Shown one piece after another: positions 37,353 to 44,193 of a stretch of 44,193 bases of DNA (position 1 is its first letter; each line of letters opens with the position of its first letter). The stretch spans positions 1 through 44,193 of the forward strand of contig JAAOZX010000211.1 of the NCBI GenBank assembly GCA_012274225.1, given 5' to 3'. This stretch comes from Comamonadaceae bacterium. GTDB taxonomy: Bacteria > Pseudomonadota > Gammaproteobacteria > Burkholderiales > Burkholderiaceae_C. The notes beneath the pieces were generated by a model. That model was not told the origin of the DNA, did not search any database, and saw nothing but the letters and a program-made list of their open reading frames with translations. Both the position numbers and the translations under genes were made by a program.

Positions 37353-39014
37353 ATGCGCCTGCCCGCGGGATTTCCTCACTTGCTTTGCCTGTTGGCGGCT
37401 TGCCTGTCGCCGCAGCTCGCGTTGGCGGAAAAGCAGACCGTGTGCACCATCACAGTCAATTCCCCCGACGAACAGGAATCGTTCCGCCGCTTCCTGCCCG
37501 CTTCGAAGTACCAGTTTGTCGAACTCGTCGAGCGCCACCGCCCCGATTGGCTGGCCTCGGCCTGCCAGCAGCGCGTCTCCTGCGATGTGCTCGTGATTTC
37601 CGGTCACTACGGCGCCGGCAACGAGTTCTTTTCGGATGCACTGGAGGCGCGCGAATTCCTGCCCATCGCCGAACTCGAACGCGTGTCCTGCTCGGATTCC
37701 TGTCCGAGCCTGTTTTCCAGGCTGAAGGAGGTCTATCTCTTCGGCTGCAACACGTTGAATCCGCAGGCGCAACACAGCGCCTCGGCGGAGATCGCACGCA
37801 GTCTCGTGCGCGATGGGCGTTCGCCGGTGGAGGCCGGGCGGCTCGCGCGATTGTTGAGTGCGGGGCACGGCGAAAGCAGCCGCGACCGGATGCGGATGGT
37901 GTTCAAGGACGTTCCGGTGATCTACGGCTTTTCAGCGGCAGCGCCGTTGGGCCCGACGGCCGCCTCCACGCTCAACCGCTATTTCCAGGCTACCGGCGCG
38001 AAAGACGTGGGCACCGGCCGCGCCAGCAGCCGACTGCTGTCGAGCTTCGCGCCCAACGGGATGACGGTGGCCCAGGGCATGACCGACGCGGATCCGCACG
38101 CCGCCGTGCGGCAGGACATGTGCCGGTTTGCCGATGACCGGTTGTCGAACGTGGAAAAACTGCGCTTCGTCCATGAGCTACTGCAAAGACCGACGGCGGA
38201 AGCCAGGATGTTTCTCGACCGCATCGAAAGATACACGGCGGGGCTCGACGCGAGCGAGCGGCAGGCGCCGGAGGTGGCGCAGGAGCTCGATGCCATCGGG
38301 CACGACGCTGGCGCCCGCGGACGCTATCTCGCTTTCGCGCGCGACGCCGATCAACCCGCGGTACGGGCACGCATGCTGAATCTCGCGCACGACCTGGGCT
38401 GGTTGTCGGCCGACCAACGGCGCGATGAGCTGGTGCGGATGATGAGCGACTTGCTGGCCCACGACGAGATCGCCGGCACCGAGGTGGACCTGGCATGCAC
38501 GCTCAACAAGGAGCACGACCTCGATGGCGTGCAGGGCCAGTTCGCCTCAGCGGCGGGCGGGGTCGATGACGTGGGGCACGCCGCCGTTCGCGCCTGCATG
38601 GGCAGCGCCGAGGGCCATGTGCGCACGCTGCAGGGGCTGGTCAGCCCGTCCGACGCCGATGTCCGGATCGCCCAGACCTATCTTCATCACCGGCCGATCA
38701 CCGACGTCGGCGAACTGCGAGCAGTCATCGCGGCCATCGTCCGCATGAACGGGTCCGAGGCGCAAGTGCGCGCGCTGGATGCACTGGCACAGCACTATCT
38801 GTCCGATCGCGAAAGCCTGGACATGCTGGCGACGCTTTTTTCGCAGACGCCATCATGGCCCGTCCAGAACGCGATTGCGGGCATACTGATTCGCTCGGAC
38901 GTCCGGTCGATCGACAGCCAGGAGCTTCTGCTCACGCTGCGCGAGCGCCGCCACAAGCCCCCCTCGGGTGACAACATGGTCGACGCTCTGATCAGTCGGC
39001 TGCAACTGCCCTGA
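37353..39014 (+). CDS. exported hypothetical protein, paralogue A, caspase/CHAT-like His-Cys domain plus helical C-terminus
   Basis: long ORF, signal peptide, full-length similarity to 39118-40791; DVLVISGHYG and LKEVYLFGCNT motifs; function inferred. Confidence 0.8.
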   Translation: MRLPAGFPHLLCLLAACLSPQLALAEKQTVCTITVNSPDEQESFRRFLPASKYQFVELVERHRPDWLASACQQRVSCDVLVISGHYGAGNEFFSDALEAREFLPIAELERVSCSDSCPSLFSRLKEVYLFGCNTLNPQAQHSASAEIARSLVRDGRSPVEAGRLARLLSAGHGESSRDRMRMVFKDVPVIYGFSAAAPLGPTAASTLNRYFQATGAKDVGTGRASSRLLSSFAPNGMTVAQGMTDADPHAAVRQDMCRFADDRLSNVEKLRFVHELLQRPTAEARMFLDRIERYTAGLDASERQAPEVAQELDAIGHDAGARGRYLAFARDADQPAVRARMLNLAHDLGWLSADQRRDELVRMMSDLLAHDEIAGTEVDLACTLNKEHDLDGVQGQFASAAGGVDDVGHAAVRACMGSAEGHVRTLQGLVSPSDADVRIAQTYLHHRPITDVGELRAVIAAIVRMNGSEAQVRALDALAQHYLSDRESLDMLATLFSQTPSWPVQNAIAGILIRSDVRSIDSQELLLTLRERRHKPPSGDNMVDALISRLQLP

Positions 39015-39117
39015 GCACCCGGGCGAGTCCGGGGCGAACTTGCACCGGGTTACATATCGCTGTGAAGCGCCGAGCTGTGCAATACTGGCTGCCCAGCCGC
39101 GTCGAGTTGTCCTGCCC

Positions 39118-40791
39118 ATGCCCCTCCTGTCCCTGTCCGCCTTCAGCAGACTGGCCGTCCTCGCCGCGTGCGTCGCCGCGGCGTGCCCGTTCGATGCGAG
39201 CGCCGCTCCGAAGACGGTGTGCACGATCACGGTGAACTCGCCGGACGAAAAGGAGACCTTCCAGCGGAATCTGCCGCCTGGCGAATACCGGTTCGTCGAG
39301 CTGGTGGAGCGCGGCCGGCCGGACTGGCTGGCCTCCGCCTGTCAGCAGCGCGTTTCCTGCGACGCGCTCATCATTTCCGGCCACTTCGACGGCGGCACCG
39401 AGTTCTATACCGATCGCCTCGACGCCAGCGAGTACCTGTCAGTGGAGGAGATGGAGCGCGCTTCGTGCAGCGACTCCTGTCCCGGCGTGTTTTCGCAGCT
39501 CAAGGAAGTCTATCTGTTCGGCTGCAACACCTTGAAACCGGAGCCCCAGCACAGTGCGTCGGCGGAGATCGAGCGCAGCCTCCTGCGCTCGGGCCACTCT
39601 GCGTCGGACGCCGTACGGCTATCGGGCCTTTTGAGCGAGCGGCACGGCGAAAGCAATCGCGACCGTATGCGGCACATCTTCAGGAACGTGCCGGTACTCT
39701 ACGGTTTTTCGTCGAAGGCGCCGCTTGGCCGCTCCGCGGCGCCGCTGCTGGATCGCTATTTTCAATCGGCCCCACCGGGCGAGGTCGGGGGCGGCCGCGT
39801 GAGCGCGAGGCTGCTAGGCCTTTTCGCCCCAAGCTCAATGACCGTCGCGGCCGGCCTGACCGACGCGGATCCGCAGGCGGACTTCCGCAGCGACGTCTGC
39901 CACTTCGTGGACGATCGACTCTCGGATGCACAGAAGGTCGGCTTCATGCACGAGCTGCTGCAGCGCGATATGGCCGAAGTGCGCATGTATCTCGAGCATC
40001 TCGAGAGCTACTCGGCCTCGATTGGACCGGCGCAGCGGCTTGCACCGGAGACGGCCGCAGCGCTCGCCGCGATCGCGGGCGACAGCGCCGCGCGCGAACG
40101 CTATCTCACCTTTGCGCGCGACGCCGACCAGCCGGCGGTCCGCACCCGAATGATGGCGCTGGCGCGCAGCCTTGGATGGCTGTCGCCCGCGCAGGAGCGT
40201 GCGGAATTCATGCGGATGATCGCGGATCAGATGGCGCGCGATCGCCTGGGCAGGGATGAGGTGGAGCTGGCTTGCACCCGCGACCAGGGCCCCGAGCCGG
40301 GCCTCGCACTGCAAGGGTTGGGCGCGGCCGCAGCACAGTCGGGCAACGTGGCGCAGGCCGCCGTGCTGGCCTGTCTCGGAAGCGCCGAGGCGCACGCGCG
40401 CGTCGTTCATGCACTCACGAGCGCCAACGCAGACGATGTCGCGATCGCACAGGTCTACCTGCGCCGGCGGCCACTGGCCGACGTCGGCGAACTGCGCGCC
40501 GTCACATCGGCTATCGCACGCATGCCCGCATCCGACGCCCAGGTGCGGGCCCTGAACACGCTGGCTCAGCAACGCCTGGCCGACCCGGAGAGCCTGCGGG
40601 AAATCACCCGCCTCTTCCCGCTGGCCCGGTCGGTCGATGTGCAGCGCGCGATCGCCGGCATTCTGATCCGGTCCGACTATCGCGTGCTGGGGCGGTCCGA
40701 CCTGGCACGTTCGCTGCGGCAGCACCGCCTCAAGTCGCCGGACGGCAACGACGTGATCGACGCGCTGATTCGCGTGCTCCAGGCTAGCTAG
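39118..40791 (+). CDS. exported hypothetical protein, paralogue B, caspase/CHAT-like His-Cys domain plus helical C-terminus
   Basis: signal peptide ending ASA; DALIISGHFDG and LKEVYLFGCNT motifs; colinear with paralogue A. Confidence 0.8.
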   Translation: MPLLSLSAFSRLAVLAACVAAACPFDASAAPKTVCTITVNSPDEKETFQRNLPPGEYRFVELVERGRPDWLASACQQRVSCDALIISGHFDGGTEFYTDRLDASEYLSVEEMERASCSDSCPGVFSQLKEVYLFGCNTLKPEPQHSASAEIERSLLRSGHSASDAVRLSGLLSERHGESNRDRMRHIFRNVPVLYGFSSKAPLGRSAAPLLDRYFQSAPPGEVGGGRVSARLLGLFAPSSMTVAAGLTDADPQADFRSDVCHFVDDRLSDAQKVGFMHELLQRDMAEVRMYLEHLESYSASIGPAQRLAPETAAALAAIAGDSAARERYLTFARDADQPAVRTRMMALARSLGWLSPAQERAEFMRMIADQMARDRLGRDEVELACTRDQGPEPGLALQGLGAAAAQSGNVAQAAVLACLGSAEAHARVVHALTSANADDVAIAQVYLRRRPLADVGELRAVTSAIARMPASDAQVRALNTLAQQRLADPESLREITRLFPLARSVDVQRAIAGILIRSDYRVLGRSDLARSLRQHRLKSPDGNDVIDALIRVLQAS

Positions 40792-40804
40792 CTAGCTGGC
40801 TAGC
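40783..40804. repeat. GCTA tetranucleotide run at the paralogue B stop
   Basis: gctagctagctagctggctagc. Confidence 0.8.
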
Positions 40805-40909
40805 GGCGACGACGCGTGCCCGCACTGCGGGAGCGTCGGCACTTTGGCCGGCAGGAACTGCCCGGAGCGCCAGGGCCGCGGCACCCAGCACCGCGCATCC
40901 GGACGGCTG

Positions 40910-41263
40910 CTACTTCGACGCGTCGACTGGCGACAGGTAAAGGTCAAAGGAAGTATTCCGCGCCAGGGTCAGGGTATAGCCCCTTCGCACGTTCCCGTGA
41001 CGCGCCGTGACTTGATAAGTGCCGGGCGGCAGGGGCAAGTCAATCAAGGAAGTCGCGTCATCGAGCGACAGCATTCTGTTGCCGCCCATATCCTCGACGA
41101 AAACCTGGATCGGCTCGCGATCCTTCCGGAGCGAATGCTTCAGGCCCATCGCACGGCAGGCCAACGCCAGGATCGACCGGATTGTCCCCACGGCGTCCCC
41201 TGTGTGGATGAGGAGGCGGGCCGAGGCGATTGCCGCAACTCTGCCATCCTGGCACGAGCTCAT
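40910..41263 (-). CDS. hypothetical protein with carboxypeptidase-regulatory/transthyretin-like C-terminal beta domain
   Basis: LPLPPGTYQVTARHG motif; AGGAG SD upstream. Confidence 0.6.
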   Translation of the reverse strand: MSSCQDGRVAAIASARLLIHTGDAVGTIRSILALACRAMGLKHSLRKDREPIQVFVEDMGGNRMLSLDDATSLIDLPLPPGTYQVTARHGNVRRGYTLTLARNTSFDLYLSPVDASK

Positions 41264-41280
41264 TGCGAAGGGCTCCTGGT

Positions 41281-41733
41281 TCAGCCGTCGACCAGTGTCA
41301 GGTTGTCAGCGCTTTCCAGTTTCGGTTGACGCCTTTTGCTGCGTTCCAGCAGGAGCGCCACCAGCAGTGCGCCTGCGGCGGACGCCGCCAGCTGCGGCGA
41401 GTTCGACAGCATTTGTGCCAGTCCATCGACCGCTTCCACGCTGACCTGTTGCGCATGCTCTACCAGTGCCACGACATCGCTTGCGTGAACGCCTGAGAGC
41501 TCCTCGAGCTGAATGTGCATCTGGCTCCAGCCGCTGCGAAACCGGATGCTCGCAAACACCCCGTGGGCTACGGCAACCAGCGACAGCACCCCCAATGGCC
41601 GAAGCAACTGCTCCAGGATGTGGCGGCGTTCCGTTGGTGGCGCAATCTCATAGACCTGGGCCACCAGTTCGGGGATGGCCGCTGGCTGCGGCGGGGTGAG
41701 GCGTTCGTCTTGCGGGGGTAAAGCTGAGGTCAT
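41281..41733 (-). CDS. hypothetical protein (helical, C-terminal hydrophobic segment)
   Basis: ORF with protein-like composition, AAGGA SD, 17 nt upstream of the next co-oriented gene. Confidence 0.6.
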   Translation of the reverse strand: MTSALPPQDERLTPPQPAAIPELVAQVYEIAPPTERRHILEQLLRPLGVLSLVAVAHGVFASIRFRSGWSQMHIQLEELSGVHASDVVALVEHAQQVSVEAVDGLAQMLSNSPQLAASAAGALLVALLLERSKRRQPKLESADNLTLVDG

Positions 41734-41870
41734 GGATCCGGTTCCTTCCGTTGAGGCGCACCGCACGATGCGAGCCAGGATCTTCAATCGCGAAACGGTG
41801 CTGCCGTGTGTCGGCAGCAGCGCGAAGCGTTGCATCTGAAATGGAGCAGCACGCCGGCGCGTCGGCGCGG

Positions 41871-43949
41871 TCAGCGCAAGAGTTCTGCCAGCGCTCGCGC
41901 GAGCTCGGTTCGTTGCAGAGGTTTGCTGAGCAGTCGCGTAACGCCGGCTTCCGCTGCGCGAGACGCCAGCTGGGCGCCCCCGTAACCCGTCACCAGGAGG
42001 ACGGGAAGATCCGGCCGGGTGGCCCGCAATTCGCGGGTCAGCTGGGTACCGGTCAAGACGGGCATAACCTCATCCGTGATGACGGCGGCGTAACGGTTCC
42101 CGTTCCCGCGCAAGGCTTGCAGGGCCGCGACCGGGTCGGCATACCCCTCGGGGTCGTAGCCCAGCCCCTTGAGCATCTCCGTGGCCATGGCCACCAGGGC
42201 CGGATCGTCGTCCACCACCAGCACGGGCTGGCCGGCCCCACGTGGCGCCGTCTTGGTCATGGGCACTGCCGGGCCGACGGGATCGTTGCACTCGGGAAGG
42301 TAGAGCGTGAAGCAGGCACCCCGTCCGGGTGCACCCTGGACATCGATCGCCCCGCTGAATTCGGCTACCACGCCATGGACGACGGCAAGGCCGAGCCCGG
42401 TGCCCGACTGCTCGCCACGCGTGGTGAAGAAGGGCTCGAAGAGGCGTTCCATGACCTCCGGCGTCATGCCGGTGCCTTCGTCCTGCACCGCCAGCTCGAG
42501 GTAATCTCCCGCCTCCAGGCGGCTGTGCGACAGCACTCGCGGCGCCGCGACATGCACCCGCGCCATCCGCACGCTCAACCGGCCTGCGCCCGGCATGGCC
42601 TGCATCGCGTTGGTGCAAAGATTCATGACCGCTTCGAAAACCTGGGCAGGGTCACCGCGCAGCCGGGCGCCCGGGGCGTCGAGCGCCCGCTCCAGCACAA
42701 CGCCGCTTCGCAGGGACACGCTGATCAGGGCAAGGACTTCCTCGACGATCGGTTCCAGCTCGAAAACGAGGGACACCCGCGCGCCGCCTCGGCTGAAGGC
42801 CATGATGCGCTCGATGAGGGTCCTGCCGCGTACCGCCGCCTGGAGCACCTTGCCGATCTGACGCTCCTGGGCGCTGCCCTTGGCTGCAGAGTCTTGCGCC
42901 ATTTCGCCAAAGCCGACGATCGCCGCGAGCACATTGTTGAAGTCATGTGCGACGCCACCCGCAAGCGTGCCCAGCGCTTCCAGTTTGCTGGCGCGTGAGA
43001 GCTGCGATTGCAGCGCCCTCTGGGCCTGGTCGCGGTGACGGTCGGCACGGCGCACCTGCAAAGCCGAGCCGGCCAGAACCGCCAGCAGCAACGCGATCCC
43101 CGCCGTGGTCAGCTGTGCGGTCTGGCGCCAGCCGGACAGGGCAGCGTCCAGATTGCGCGTCAGAATCACCTTCAAGCCAAAACGCTGAACCTCGCGAATC
43201 TCAATGAGGCGCTGCTTCCCATCGCGGAACCGCCCCAGCTCCTGGGGCTGGCCGCTCGCCGGCGGTTCGGCCAGGCGTGCCGCATCGGCGTTCGGCAACT
43301 TGCCGGCAGCGCCGGCCAGGCGCACGCCGTCGCTGCGGAACACCGCCATGCGGGCATCGGACGCCGGCGTGGCCACGGAAAACGCGCCCAAAAGAGCATT
43401 GGCCGGTATGGCGGCGAAAATCCATCCGCCCCCGGTTCCGACAGACGGGTCGGAAAGCCGCATGGCCACCGCAATGAAGGTCGCGTGGCTTTGCCCGTCG
43501 CTGAAGGGACTGCTGATGGCGATCGAGTCATCACCAAGCCGGCCGAGGGCCGGCAGGAACGACGCAGCCGTCGGCGCGGGGCTCTTGTCCGACGCCGACA
43601 GGACACGATATCCGGAATCAACCAGCCAAAGCTTGTCCACCAGCGGCATCAAATAGGCACGGGTTTGCAGGGCGCGCGTGGCCTGCGCGCCGCTCACCGG
43701 CAAACGGTCTTCCTGCAACTCGATCTTCATGGCCTGCAGGCCTTCTTGCGCATCCTGCAAACCACGGTCGATTTCATCGGTCAACGCAATCGAAAGCAGG
43801 GTGAGCTCGCGCTGTTGCGCTGCCATCGCCGAGTTCCGCAGGTGCCACAATGCGGCCACGGCGACCAGGACCAATGCGATCACCGGCGCAATCACCAGCG
43901 TCCATCGCCCCGCCGTGCCGACCGTCCGCTCGTTCATGTCCAGGTTCAC
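41871..43949 (-). CDS. membrane hybrid sensor histidine kinase (Cache-like sensor, HisKA, HATPase, receiver; VirA-like layout)
   Basis: two TM helices; H-box AHDFNN, N-box NLCTNA, DEGTGM, FEPFFTT, GTGLGL; receiver VVDDD...TD...SKP. Confidence 0.93.
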   Translation of the reverse strand: MNLDMNERTVGTAGRWTLVIAPVIALVLVAVAALWHLRNSAMAAQQRELTLLSIALTDEIDRGLQDAQEGLQAMKIELQEDRLPVSGAQATRALQTRAYLMPLVDKLWLVDSGYRVLSASDKSPAPTAASFLPALGRLGDDSIAISSPFSDGQSHATFIAVAMRLSDPSVGTGGGWIFAAIPANALLGAFSVATPASDARMAVFRSDGVRLAGAAGKLPNADAARLAEPPASGQPQELGRFRDGKQRLIEIREVQRFGLKVILTRNLDAALSGWRQTAQLTTAGIALLLAVLAGSALQVRRADRHRDQAQRALQSQLSRASKLEALGTLAGGVAHDFNNVLAAIVGFGEMAQDSAAKGSAQERQIGKVLQAAVRGRTLIERIMAFSRGGARVSLVFELEPIVEEVLALISVSLRSGVVLERALDAPGARLRGDPAQVFEAVMNLCTNAMQAMPGAGRLSVRMARVHVAAPRVLSHSRLEAGDYLELAVQDEGTGMTPEVMERLFEPFFTTRGEQSGTGLGLAVVHGVVAEFSGAIDVQGAPGRGACFTLYLPECNDPVGPAVPMTKTAPRGAGQPVLVVDDDPALVAMATEMLKGLGYDPEGYADPVAALQALRGNGNRYAAVITDEVMPVLTGTQLTRELRATRPDLPVLLVTGYGGAQLASRAAEAGVTRLLSKPLQRTELARALAELLR

Positions 43950-44193
43950 AATGCGAATCTGCCTTTGGTCAGTACCGGCGCTTCATGCCGTTGGGCCCGT
44001 CCGGTCCCGCGCCATGCAGACCCGGCCGAGGATAGCAGCTGGGCAGGGGCGGGAACTTCAGGCAGCCTGGGGTTGTCCATGAATCCAAGCTCGACATCAA
44101 GTGCCGCGAGCGGGACGCGTCCTTTGGGACTTTCGCAACCTGCTGCCGCGGCGCTGCCCATCATCTGATAACCCGGCACACCATGACCACCTC

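Noticed and set aside
37249-37596. ORF with a GGAGG SD before ATG 37303, overlapping paralogue A out of frame
   Set aside because: The Ser/Arg/Cys-rich product has shadow-frame composition and no equivalent upstream of paralogue B; a regulatory uORF role cannot be supported from sequence alone.
43946-44179. 77 aa minus-strand ORF upstream of the kinase
   Set aside because: No recognisable motif and it sits at the window edge, so it cannot be told apart from intergenic DNA.
1-44193. CRISPR arrays, tRNA/rRNA, IS elements, prophage genes, clear Rho-independent terminators
   Set aside because: I saw no regularly spaced repeats, RNA-gene signatures, transposase or phage motifs, or convincing hairpin plus U-tract; Infernal, tRNAscan and TransTermHP runs would be needed to exclude small elements.

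Overview
High-GC (about two-thirds G+C by eye) betaproteobacterial DNA, Comamonadaceae-like by gene content (inference). I see no rRNA, tRNA, CRISPR array, transposase or integrase. The window has three blocks. (1) About 0.1-26.8 kb is a low-oxygen/dormancy island: prs, an orphan groEL-polX(PHP)-phaB unit, BON proteins, a Crp-family regulator, an APH/AAA kinase, USP, an ABC exporter, Hsp20, Zn-ADH, phaC, phasin, a DksA/TraR protein, a Pat-like acyl-CoA ligase/GNAT, fnr, hemN and a beta-CASP nuclease. I read 12 FNR-type boxes there, most 21-22 nt from a -10-like hexamer. Gene content resembles the Burkholderia lxa locus and parts of the mycobacterial DosR regulon. (2) About 26.9-37.2 kb holds DUF1080, a GNAT, and a GntR-controlled catabolic cluster (FAD/Fe-S oxidoreductase, class V aminotransferase, TctCBA, atypical crotonase) of unknown substrate. 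(3) About 37.3-44.2 kb holds two tandem, exported, cysteine-rich paralogues with a caspase/CHAT-like His-Cys dyad and helical C-termini, two small hypotheticals and a hybrid sensor kinase. The best novelty candidates are the tandem caspase-like pair and the groES-less GroEL carrying Ser at catalytic Asp52.
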